A DNA stretch of 64,000 nucleotides. Origin: Candidatus Binatia bacterium (lineage in GTDB: Bacteria > Desulfobacterota > Binatia > Bin18). The notes under the pieces are model-generated. The model worked only from the letters and a program-made list of their open reading frames with translations, was not told the origin of the DNA and made no database searches. The stretch lies in contig OY761159.2 of NCBI GenBank assembly GCA_963664395.2, forward strand, positions 864,001 to 928,000. The letters are read 5' to 3'. The translations under genes were made by a program, and so were the position numbers. Positions 36,346 through 44,869 of this stretch are shown here, one piece after another. Numbering within the stretch: the stretch's first letter is position 1; each line of letters begins with the position of its first letter.

Positions 36346-38586
36346 ATGCCGATGCGAGAAGAGGGCCTCAGGTTGATCGAACGACAGGAAGTGGAGAACC
36401 AGGCCCCGGCCGCAGCCAGCCGTGTCAGCCCGGTACCGCTGTTCACCGCAACACTGTTCGTGAGCGCCACACTCTTGTTCTGGGTTCAACCCCTGTTCAC
36501 CAAGATGGTGTTGCCGCTGCTCGGCGGCTCGCCGTCGGTCTGGAACACCGCCCTGGTGTTCTTCCAGGCCGTCTTGTTGGCCGGCTATGGCTACGCGCAT
36601 GTGCTCATTCGCCGGCTTGGTCAGCGCAGCCAGATCATCCTGCATCTAGGCGTACTGGCAGCCGCGGCTCTGGCGCTGCCGGTCGACGTCGCCCAGGGCT
36701 GGCGCCCCGATTCCGGCACACCACCCACAATATGGCTGCTCGCCCTGCTGGCCGCCTCAATCGGCGCACCGTTCTTCGCCGTGTCCGCGACCGCGCCGCT
36801 GCTCCAGCGCTGGTTTTCGCGCACCGACCATCCACACGCCCACGACCCTTATTTCTTGTACGGCGCGAGTAACCTCGGCAGCGTACTCGCCCTGCTGGCG
36901 TTTCCCTTCGTGCTCGAACCGCTGCTCAGCGGGCGCGCTCAGGCGGTCGCCTGGACCGTTGGTTTTGCCGTCCTGGCGGTGTGCATCGCCGGGTGTGGCG
37001 GCATGGTGTGGCGGCGCCCCGTCAGTGTCACGCCCACGCCGGAAACAGGGCGGCGCCCGAGCGGGCGTCAGCGCGTGGCCTGGATCGTCTATGCTGCGCT
37101 GCCCTCTTCCCTTTTACTGGGTGTCACCGCCCATATCTGCACCGACATCGCCCCTGCCCCCCTGCTCTGGGTAGTACCGCTGGCCCTGTACTTGCTCACC
37201 TTCGTAATCGCCTTTGCCCGGCGCCCGCCGATTCCGCACTGGTTTGCCGTGCGGGCCATGCCTCTGGCCTTGATGAGCCTGGTCGCCTCGTTCTGGTGGA
37301 ACCAGCCGATCGGGCTGTTCCTACCACTGCATCTTATGGCGTTCTTCGCCATCGCTCTCATGTGCCACGGCGAGCTGGTGCGTCGGCGTCCTGGGGTGGA
37401 ATCCCTGACCGAATTTTACCTGTTTCTGTCACTCGGTGGCGTCATTGGCGGCGCGTTCACCGCCTTGGGCGCACCGCTGCTGTTCAACTCAGTCTTCGAG
37501 TATCCGCTGAGTCTGGCGCTGGCCGCAGCCGTGCTGCCCAGTCCAAGTCGCCGGGCCAAGCGTGGCGACATCATCCTGGCGCTGGTCATCCTGGCCGGGT
37601 TGATCGGCGGCCAGGCACTGGCGACGAGTCTCGGTCGGCCGCTGAACTCCTTTGTTGTCGGCTGCATCTGCGCGGCCTTCGGGCTCGTCGTCTTCGCCCT
37701 CCGAGCCCGCCCGTTCGGCTTCGCGCTGTGTGTCGGCGCCATATTAGTCGGCGGCTCGTACGCCCTGATGAGCAGCCAGACCCTGTGGCGGGGGCGCAGC
37801 TTCTTCGGCGTCTACCGTGTGACCGAGTCCGCCGACCCGCCGACCCGCAGCCTGATCCATGGCACGACCCTTCACGGCGGCCAGCTGATGGCAGCCAACG
37901 GCGATATTAGCCCGACTAGCTATTACACGGCCTCAAGCCCGGTCGCCGAGGTGCTGAGCGCGACCCAGGCGCGGGACGACCGCAGCCAGCGTGTCGGTGT
38001 GGTCGGCCTGGGGGCCGGCTCGCTCGCCTGCTACAGGCGCGCCGGCGACGACTGGCGCTATTTCGAGATTGACCCGCTGGTCGTCTGGATAGCGGTCGAG
38101 AGCGGCTACTTCGATCTGATGCCGCGCTGTGCCAAGTCCATGCCCATCGTGCTTGGCGATGCGCGCCTCACCCTGGCCGAAGAGCCCGACGGACGCTTAG
38201 ACCTGCTGATCCTCGACGCGTTTTCGTCCGATGCCATCCCGATGCACCTGCTGACCCGCGAAGCCGTCGCGCTATACATCGACAAGCTCGCCGAGGACGG
38301 TGTGCTGGTGATGCATATATCGAACCTCTTTCTCAATCTTAAGCCGGTGGTCGCCCGCATCGTCGAAGAGCTCGGCTACGCGGCGCTGGGCGGCTTCCGC
38401 AATAAGATTGACCGCGAGACCGACGCCACCGGGACCGCGTCGCACTGGGTGCTGGTCGCCCGGCATCAAACGACGCTTGACAGCCTGGCCCTGGGCGAGG
38501 TCTGGCAGCCTCTCGAAACGCCGCCTGACCGGCGCGTGTGGAGTGACGATTTCTCCAACCTGCTCGAAGTGATCCACTGGAAGTAA
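36346..38586 (+). CDS. Fused membrane (MFS-like)/spermidine-synthase-like SAM-dependent protein
   Basis: LLPLLGGSPSVW-type N-terminus, DPYFLYGASN, CHGEL, HGTTLHG, VGLGAG, EIDP, GDAR, DAFSSDAIPMHLLTRE, WSDDFSN. Confidence 0.88.
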   Translation: MPMREEGLRLIERQEVENQAPAAASRVSPVPLFTATLFVSATLLFWVQPLFTKMVLPLLGGSPSVWNTALVFFQAVLLAGYGYAHVLIRRLGQRSQIILHLGVLAAAALALPVDVAQGWRPDSGTPPTIWLLALLAASIGAPFFAVSATAPLLQRWFSRTDHPHAHDPYFLYGASNLGSVLALLAFPFVLEPLLSGRAQAVAWTVGFAVLAVCIAGCGGMVWRRPVSVTPTPETGRRPSGRQRVAWIVYAALPSSLLLGVTAHICTDIAPAPLLWVVPLALYLLTFVIAFARRPPIPHWFAVRAMPLALMSLVASFWWNQPIGLFLPLHLMAFFAIALMCHGELVRRRPGVESLTEFYLFLSLGGVIGGAFTALGAPLLFNSVFEYPLSLALAAAVLPSPSRRAKRGDIILALVILAGLIGGQALATSLGRPLNSFVVGCICAAFGLVVFALRARPFGFALCVGAILVGGSYALMSSQTLWRGRSFFGVYRVTESADPPTRSLIHGTTLHGGQLMAANGDISPTSYYTASSPVAEVLSATQARDDRSQRVGVVGLGAGSLACYRRAGDDWRYFEIDPLVVWIAVESGYFDLMPRCAKSMPIVLGDARLTLAEEPDGRLDLLILDAFSSDAIPMHLLTREAVALYIDKLAEDGVLVMHISNLFLNLKPVVARIVEELGYAALGGFRNKIDRETDATGTASHWVLVARHQTTLDSLALGEVWQPLETPPDRRVWSDDFSNLLEVIHWK

Positions 38587-38591
38587 GGCGA

Positions 38592-38675
38592 TGCCGGGAG
38601 CGAGACTCGAACTCGCACGCTGTCGCCAGCGGTGGATTTTGAGTCCACTGCGTCTGCCAATTCCGCCATCCCGGC
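38592..38675 (-). tRNA. tRNA-Leu (anticodon CAA), CCA not encoded
   Basis: GCCGGGATGGCGGAATTGGCAGACGCAGTGGACT-CAA-AATCCACCGCTGGCGACAGCGTGCGAGTTCGAGTCTCGCTCCCGGCA; long variable arm, T-loop TTCGAGT. Confidence 0.95.
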
Positions 38676-38840
38676 ATACGGGGGATATTAATGACTGAGG
38701 TGCAGTACCTGAGTCGTATCCAAAAAAGTCGTGCGGAATCTTACCCTCCAATCCGGCGTTCTGGCAAGCCCGTTCCGAGGTCGGTCGCGTCTCAGTTTCG
38801 CAGCCCCCTTCCCCTCGGTCGGCACGGTCCCTCTCCTACT

Positions 38841-38880
38841 TCCCCTCTCGGGAGGGGTGCCGCGCAGCGGCGGGGTAGGT
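38841..38880 (+). repeat. REP-like element (left arm of a doublet)
   Basis: TCCCCTCTCGGGAGGGGTGCCGCGCAGCGGCGGGGTAGGT; near-identical copy at 44761. Confidence 0.85.
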
Positions 38881-38888
38881 TCTACGGA

Positions 38889-41800
38889 GGGAATTATATA
38901 CGATAGTGCCGAAAGGATGGTTCACCGACCCAAGCTCCGATTCCAGCTTTGTTTTCGGGCTTCTGAAGTCGGCAGCCAGCCTCAAGAACCCACGCACCCT
39001 TCACAGCAATGAACGCTGCCGCGCGTCAGCTTTGCCGCCTTTGCTCTTGCGCTTTACGTCGAAGGCGCCGGCGGTGCGCAGGGTGTCGGCGCTAATGAGC
39101 GGACCGTTGCAGATGCGGGTGAGAAGGTCGGCTTGGCGACTTTCCAGGGCGACCAGACGGCCCAGGACATGGAGTACATTCAGGAGTTCCGTCGTGTATT
39201 CAGCGATCCAGCGGTCCGGCTGGATTTTCTCCAGGGGTGACGGGGGCCGCTTTTCACCGATGACGGGTCGTGTGCGGTCCTTCTTGCGGTAGCTGAACCA
39301 GTGGACCAGCACCTGCTTGCCCGAAACTTCGTACTGCCAGACCTCTGGCGGTACGTTGTCGATGAAGCCCTCACCCACCAGCAGGCGGCGCTTCCCGGCG
39401 TCATAGTCGATGCGGTCGGGCATCCGCTCCGGGTCGGGGGGGATGGTGCCGTCCCTGGGAATCCGCGGTCCTTCGCCCTTGGGCATCCGAGGCGCGCCGG
39501 CAGGTCGGCCGCTGGACGGGTCGGCGTATCGTTCGCCGAAGGTGTGCAGCCAGATTACCGCTTCGCCCAAGGCGACGGCTTCCGCGAAAAGGCCGGCGTC
39601 TCGGGTGAGAGGCAGGCGCAAGCCGGGTTGTACCAGATCGTCTTGAAAGCGGCGGGTGTAGCCGAGATGCGCCATGACAGCAGCCAGATAGGCCATGACC
39701 TGTTGACCGCAGACCGGCGTGCCAAGCTGCTCTGCCAGACAATCCAGGAAAGCCCCCTTCACGTTTGAAGCGGCGGCTTGGTTGTCGGCCCAGAGCGGAA
39801 AGACGCGCCCACCGCGCCCGTGATAGTGGTCGATGTCGCAGATTGAGGCGGTGAAGGTGACGCCAGGACCGCTTCTCGGAGAGGACTGGTGTAGGGCCGT
39901 TAGGAAAACCTGCTCGTCTGAGAAGCTTTCCCAAAGGGTTGGATTTGGCCGATTGATGATGCGGCCGTCCGGGATGATCCACTGCCGGTCAAACGACCGA
40001 AAGCCGTATCTTGTCGGGACGATACATTTCCCTGTGTCGGTCGCCACTGAGTTGGAGCGGAATTCGTGCCCATAGAGGCCGCTCTTCAATGGCTTGTTCA
40101 CATGCTTGTCACCGGGCTTCCCATTCACAAGATGAGGGTGAAAAAGTTCCTCCTTTTTGGAGGCGTCTGGCTCTTGCAGCAAAGCATCCCAGCGCGCTTC
40201 GAGCGATTGCTTGTCCGGGGCGATCACCCACACCCTGCCCGGCATCACGCCGGAGCCGTTGTATGTGAAGATGTCCTCTAAAGGCACAAAGTCGCCCCAA
40301 GCGCCTGTCGCCTTGGGCAGAAACGACGCGCGCGGCTCGTCCGGGCACGCGACCCAGCCGTCGTCTTCGAGGGAAATGCCGGCGAAGGCGGCGAATTTGT
40401 CCTCGCGGGTCTTGCCGTCCAGGTTGCGATAGCGAACCCGCGCGGGTCCGGGCGCCGCGGTTTGGCTCTTGCGCAGGGCCATGACGATGCAGACCGGTTG
40501 CTGAACCCCCTGAAAGACGCGGCTGCGAACGGGCGGCTGGTGGCCTTCCGGCGAGCAGTCGATCACCCAGATTTCGTCCGCCTTGGCCCGCAGGTCGGCG
40601 CGCATCTTTTGAAAGCCGGGGCCGTTCAGAAAGCCGGCCGCGGTGATGAAGCAGATAATGCCCGTCTGGTCGCGTTGCCGGCCTTTCTGCTCGGCAGGGT
40701 CGCCGTCGCCGAATACCTTCCAGGTGGCCCAGCGCCAGAAGTACACGTAGAGGTTGCGGAGGTGCTTGGCGTGCGCTCCGACGTTCCATTCGAGCGGCGG
40801 CATCCAGTCCGTGAGTGGTGCGGGTCGGTTGTCGCTGCCGTTCTCCACCCAGCCGCCCAGCCCCTTGGCGTTGGCCTTGTAGGGCGGATTGCCGATGACA
40901 ACGGTGATGCGCTCCTGCCGTTTGATCCGATTCGCTTGGCGGCGCGATTCGCCCAGCGGCATGAGGATTTGCGGGATGTGTTCCTCCTCGACGAACGGGT
41001 TGCCCAGGGTGTCGGTGACGAACAGGCGCATCGGGTCGGACCTGCCCGCAAACGCCTCGCCCGCAAGTTCCTTCAGCTCGGCCAGCAGGCGAAGCTGGGC
41101 CACCGCGAAGGGTCCAAGCTGTATCTCGAACCCGATCAGCCGTGGAATGGCGGCTTCGATCACCCCCGGAACCGCTCCCGGCCCTTGATCCGCTTCCGTC
41201 GTTTCGGCGATGCGCCGCAGCACACCCAGGAGATAGGTGCCGGTGCCGGTGGCCGGGTCCGCCACGGTCACGTCCGGCGAGGCCAAGCCTTCCGTCAGGC
41301 CAAAGTAGGCACTGGATTTCAGCGCTTCATCGACCAGCCGCACCATCGACATGACGACTTCCGGTAGAGTGTAGTACGACCCCGTCTTGCGCCGCAACTT
41401 GCTGTCGTAGGTGGTGAGGAACTTTTCGTAGAAGTAGAGCCACGCCTCCGGGTCGCCCTTGCTGATGACGTCCCAGTGCACGGCGTCCAGCACGCGCGTC
41501 AGGGTGGCCAACGAGGTTTTCAGGGGTTTCTGGTTTTCGGCGTCGTCGGTCAGGAGGCGCAGCGCCGTACCGATCAGGGTGTTGGTCTGGCGTAGCTCAT
41601 GGGCCACGCGGTCGAGGCCGTCGCTGAGGGTGATCTTGCGTGCCCGCGCCATGAGTAGCCCGAAAGTGACGGCCTGAGCGTAGCCGTCGGCAAAGGCTTC
41701 GTTCGTCGCGCTGGGGAACAGCAGCCTGCGCCAGTCGGTGGCGAGGTTGGTGAGCGGGCCGGAGCCCTGGTCCAGTTGCTCGGTCACTTCCTCACGTAAC

Positions 41801-42450
41801 AACCGGCAGAGCCGGGCCGTCAATTCGGCCAGCGCGGGTGCTGATTTCGGCGGTTGTGGCTGCCATTGGAAGAAGTCGGAGAACAAGCCCGGCAGGCTGG
41901 ACGGGGCCGTCAGCTTGGCGGCGGCGGTTTTGATATCGCCGTCGAGCGTGATGACTTTCCCTTCGATATCGCCGTTGCGCCACAGGCTGAAGGCGTTGCC
42001 GTCGGTATAGATCAGGTTCGGGAGGGTTTTCAGCTTCTCCCACTGTTCCCGGTCGTGCTTGTCGGTGAAGCGCCGGGGGTCCGCGCCCTTGCCCGGCGCT
42101 TTGACCTCGATGAAGCCCACCAGCGCCGCGTTGAGCGTGATCGCGTAATCGGGCCGCGTCTTCAGATCGGCCAGCGACGTCTCGCCCACGGCCACGATTT
42201 TGTCGCTCGGCAGACCGAGGAACTCCGCGATGTCGGAGATCAACCCTTCAAGCGGCGCTCTGAGCTGATCTTCGGGCGCGCCCGAAACCGCCGCGTTGCT
42301 GAGCTTGGCTTTTGCCCTGCTGCCGAAATCCGAGATAATCGCGTCGAGTGCCTTTCTCAAAGCCCTCACCACCAAGTCCTGCTACTTGAGTTGCTTGCCA
42401 TCCATTCCCTGGGCCGCCGTCACCATTTGGCACTATCGTATATAATCCCC
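38889..42450 (-). mobile_element. Non-autonomous IS1595-family-like cassette carrying an R-M gene
   Basis: TIRs GGGAATTATATACGATAGTGCC (38889-38910) and GGCACTATCGTATATAATCCCC (42429-42450), 21/22 identical; 8-bp direct repeat TCTACGGA at 38881-38888 and 42451-42458; no intact transposase. Confidence 0.88.
39001..42375 (-). CDS. Single-polypeptide restriction-modification enzyme (N-terminal PD-(D/E)xK nuclease, m6A methyltransferase, type ISP/IIG-like specificity domain); start may be TTG 42360
   Basis: RPDYAI...GFIEVKAPG; YFYEKFL...GSYYT; DPATGTGTY; VIGNPPY; NLYVYFWRWA; RYGFRSFDRQW. Confidence 0.88.
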   Translation of the reverse strand: MVVRALRKALDAIISDFGSRAKAKLSNAAVSGAPEDQLRAPLEGLISDIAEFLGLPSDKIVAVGETSLADLKTRPDYAITLNAALVGFIEVKAPGKGADPRRFTDKHDREQWEKLKTLPNLIYTDGNAFSLWRNGDIEGKVITLDGDIKTAAAKLTAPSSLPGLFSDFFQWQPQPPKSAPALAELTARLCRLLREEVTEQLDQGSGPLTNLATDWRRLLFPSATNEAFADGYAQAVTFGLLMARARKITLSDGLDRVAHELRQTNTLIGTALRLLTDDAENQKPLKTSLATLTRVLDAVHWDVISKGDPEAWLYFYEKFLTTYDSKLRRKTGSYYTLPEVVMSMVRLVDEALKSSAYFGLTEGLASPDVTVADPATGTGTYLLGVLRRIAETTEADQGPGAVPGVIEAAIPRLIGFEIQLGPFAVAQLRLLAELKELAGEAFAGRSDPMRLFVTDTLGNPFVEEEHIPQILMPLGESRRQANRIKRQERITVVIGNPPYKANAKGLGGWVENGSDNRPAPLTDWMPPLEWNVGAHAKHLRNLYVYFWRWATWKVFGDGDPAEQKGRQRDQTGIICFITAAGFLNGPGFQKMRADLRAKADEIWVIDCSPEGHQPPVRSRVFQGVQQPVCIVMALRKSQTAAPGPARVRYRNLDGKTREDKFAAFAGISLEDDGWVACPDEPRASFLPKATGAWGDFVPLEDIFTYNGSGVMPGRVWVIAPDKQSLEARWDALLQEPDASKKEELFHPHLVNGKPGDKHVNKPLKSGLYGHEFRSNSVATDTGKCIVPTRYGFRSFDRQWIIPDGRIINRPNPTLWESFSDEQVFLTALHQSSPRSGPGVTFTASICDIDHYHGRGGRVFPLWADNQAAASNVKGAFLDCLAEQLGTPVCGQQVMAYLAAVMAHLGYTRRFQDDLVQPGLRLPLTRDAGLFAEAVALGEAVIWLHTFGERYADPSSGRPAGAPRMPKGEGPRIPRDGTIPPDPERMPDRIDYDAGKRRLLVGEGFIDNVPPEVWQYEVSGKQVLVHWFSYRKKDRTRPVIGEKRPPSPLEKIQPDRWIAEYTTELLNVLHVLGRLVALESRQADLLTRICNGPLISADTLRTAGAFDVKRKSKGGKADARQRSLL

Positions 42451-42474
42451 TCTACGGATAGGGCGTACCTGGGG

Positions 42475-42516
42475 AAACCCACCCCGACCCTTCGGGCCAC
42501 CCCTCCAGGGAGGGGA
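42475..42516 (-). repeat. REP-like element (right arm of the doublet)
   Basis: AAACCCACCCCGACCCTTCGGGCCACCCCTCCAGGGAGGGGA, inverted relative to the 38841 copy. Confidence 0.8.
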
Positions 42517-42536
42517 TTTGCTGATCCGGCCGAACG

Positions 42537-42914
42537 TCATCCAGTGACGGCCCAGACGAAAAACACTCCCAGGGCGAGCGTAACCACCGCCCAAACACGG
42601 ATGAAGGAGGGCGGTTTCTTGAGCCACCAGGCAACCATGCTCTTGAAACGCGCCAGCCCAATAAACGGCAGAGCGATTCCCCCCACGATGAATATCACTG
42701 CCAGTACCTGCAACGTAGTTGGGAAGCGTGAGCTGGAAGCGACAGACCACAGAGCGACTCCGAATATGAGCCGGAGTACCGCGCCTGCCCACAGCCCCCC
42801 ACGGGTTTGCCAACGGGTAAAAAAAGTGAGGAACGAGGCTGGCGCAATGAGACCCCACAAACCGAGACCGATGAACACAACAGCTAAACCTATAACGATA
42901 AAACCCATGTCCAT
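42537..42914 (-). CDS. Small four-TM membrane protein
   Basis: Four hydrophobic segments; GGGAG RBS. Confidence 0.7.
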   Translation of the reverse strand: MDMGFIVIGLAVVFIGLGLWGLIAPASFLTFFTRWQTRGGLWAGAVLRLIFGVALWSVASSSRFPTTLQVLAVIFIVGGIALPFIGLARFKSMVAWWLKKPPSFIRVWAVVTLALGVFFVWAVTG

Positions 42915-43030
42915 CTCCCTTAGCGGGTTATTCCTTTAAGGACTCCCAAAGCTTGACCGTTCACGAATGAACAGTATAGGACGATAGAGCAAGTCGAGAA
43001 AACCGGAGGGTATACAGGAAGGGGAAACAT

Positions 43031-44713
43031 ATGTCCTACGAGCTGCTGATTAAGAATGGCACTGTGGTTGATGGTACCGGCGCACAGCCGGTCCAGGCCG
43101 ATATCGCGGTCGCGGATGGCAAGATCGCTGAAATTGGTAAAATCACCGCCGGCGCAAAGAAGGTTATTGACGCGTCTGATCTGACTGTCACCCCCGGCTT
43201 TATCGATCACCACACCCACTATGATGCCCAGATCTGTTGGGATCGACTGGTTTCTCCGTCGTCCTGGCATGGCGTGACCAGTGTCATCATGGGCAACTGC
43301 GGCGTGGGGTTGGCCCCGTGCAAACCCGCCGTCCGAGAGATCGCGACCTGGGATCTGGTGAATGTTGAAGCCATCCCTTTTGACGTGCTGTCACAAGGCG
43401 TGACCTGGGATTGGGAGACCTTTCCCGAATATATGGACGCCGCAGCCAAGCGTGGCTCCGGGATTAACCTCGGGTTTATGGCCCCACTGACGCCGTTTCG
43501 TCGTTACGTGATGGGTGAAGAGTCCATGGATCGGGCAGCCACCCCAGAGGAAACAAGCCAGATTGCAGCGCTCCTGCGAGAGGCCATGGACGCCGGGGCG
43601 TTTGGTTTCTCGACCACCAACGGTCCGCAGCATATCGGCTATCAAGGCCGTCCGCTGGCCTGCCGCCTGGCGAGCTTTGATGAACTCGCCGCCTACGCCG
43701 GTGTACTCAAAGCCCTTGGAAGAGGCACGATTGAGCTCGCCTTGAACGACCAACCGGGTGTCGTAACAGAAAGTGACTATGCTTTACTCGACCACTTGGG
43801 CACGGAAAGTAATCGCCCGGTGACCTGGCTCGCCATGCTGTCACGAGACGATAAGCCTGATGTCTGCATGGAAACGCTCCGACAGACCGAATCTTTGATT
43901 CAGCGTGGTATCGTCCCGCAAGTTACCTGTCGGCCGCTCAGCGTTCAGGTCAACCTGCGCAATCCGTTCATTTTTGCCAATCTGGAGTGTTGGAATCCGG
44001 CGTTTAATAAATCAGCAGAGGAGCAGACCGCGCTCTACCGCAACCACGAATTTCGCCAGGCCTGGCGCAAAACGTTTGAGGAGCCACGGGTCTTTCCTGG
44101 GAAGTGGGACCGGGTTGATATCCAGGAAGTCAGTAATCCAAGCCTCAAAAAATACGAAGGCAAAACGGTTGACGAGGTGGCCCGCGAGCGGGGGAGAGAC
44201 GGACTGGATACCTTCCTTGATCTGGCTATCGAGGACGACCTGAATATTCAGTACGTCATGGCCCTGTTTAATGCGGATGAAAATCGGGTGGCCGAACTCA
44301 TTACCCATCCCAACACGATGATTGGCCTGTCAGACGGCGGCGCCCATGTGGATATGCTGTGCGATGCCGGCTACTGCACCTACCTGCTTGGTACCTGGGT
44401 ACGTGAAAAACAGCTCATGCCGATTGAGCGTGCGGTGCACCGCATCACTGCCGAGCCGGCACAGTTCTTTGGCGTTCCCAATCGGGGCGTGCTCGCCCAA
44501 GGGATGGCCGCTGATATTGCTATTTTTGATGCCAATACGATTGGCTCACCCAAGCGACCTGAGATGCGCTATGACCTGCCCGGTGGTGGGCGGCGTCTTG
44601 TCGTCCCCGCTTATGGCGTGATGTATACGGTTGTGAATGGTGAGGTCTTGTACGAAGACCAACAGCACACCGGAAGCATGCCCGGTCAAGTGCTGCGGGC
44701 CGGAGCCGCGTAG
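43031..44713 (+). CDS. Amidohydrolase (N-acyl-D-amino-acid deacylase-like)
   Basis: PGFIDHHTHYDAQ, GNCG, SDGGAH, ADIAIFD. Confidence 0.9.
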   Translation: MSYELLIKNGTVVDGTGAQPVQADIAVADGKIAEIGKITAGAKKVIDASDLTVTPGFIDHHTHYDAQICWDRLVSPSSWHGVTSVIMGNCGVGLAPCKPAVREIATWDLVNVEAIPFDVLSQGVTWDWETFPEYMDAAAKRGSGINLGFMAPLTPFRRYVMGEESMDRAATPEETSQIAALLREAMDAGAFGFSTTNGPQHIGYQGRPLACRLASFDELAAYAGVLKALGRGTIELALNDQPGVVTESDYALLDHLGTESNRPVTWLAMLSRDDKPDVCMETLRQTESLIQRGIVPQVTCRPLSVQVNLRNPFIFANLECWNPAFNKSAEEQTALYRNHEFRQAWRKTFEEPRVFPGKWDRVDIQEVSNPSLKKYEGKTVDEVARERGRDGLDTFLDLAIEDDLNIQYVMALFNADENRVAELITHPNTMIGLSDGGAHVDMLCDAGYCTYLLGTWVREKQLMPIERAVHRITAEPAQFFGVPNRGVLAQGMAADIAIFDANTIGSPKRPEMRYDLPGGGRRLVVPAYGVMYTVVNGEVLYEDQQHTGSMPGQVLRAGAA

Positions 44714-44760
44714 GACACTCCTCAGCCATGCTCCCCTCGCTCGGAGGGGAGCAAAACACA

Positions 44761-44805
44761 TCCCCTCTCGGGAGGGGTGCCGCGAAGCGGCGGGGTGGGT
44801 TCCCC
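44761..44805 (+). repeat. REP-like element
   Basis: TCCCCTCTCGGGAGGGGTGCCGCGAAGCGGCGGGGTGGGTTCCCC. Confidence 0.85.
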
Positions 44806-44869
44806 CATTCTACACGGTATAAACACTCCGGCTCATCCAAAACCACAATAACAACAAGACGCCTCGGAC

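Noticed and set aside
42382-42384. Amber read-through (pyrrolysine) at the in-frame TAG upstream of the R-M gene
   Set aside because: Better explained as a mutated codon in a transposase relic; no pyl genes seen.
36100-42520. Prophage or integrative element at tRNA-Leu
   Set aside because: No integrase, phage genes or duplicated tRNA 3' end. The R-M cassette lies on the 5' side of the tRNA and has TIR/TSD (DDE-type) hallmarks instead.
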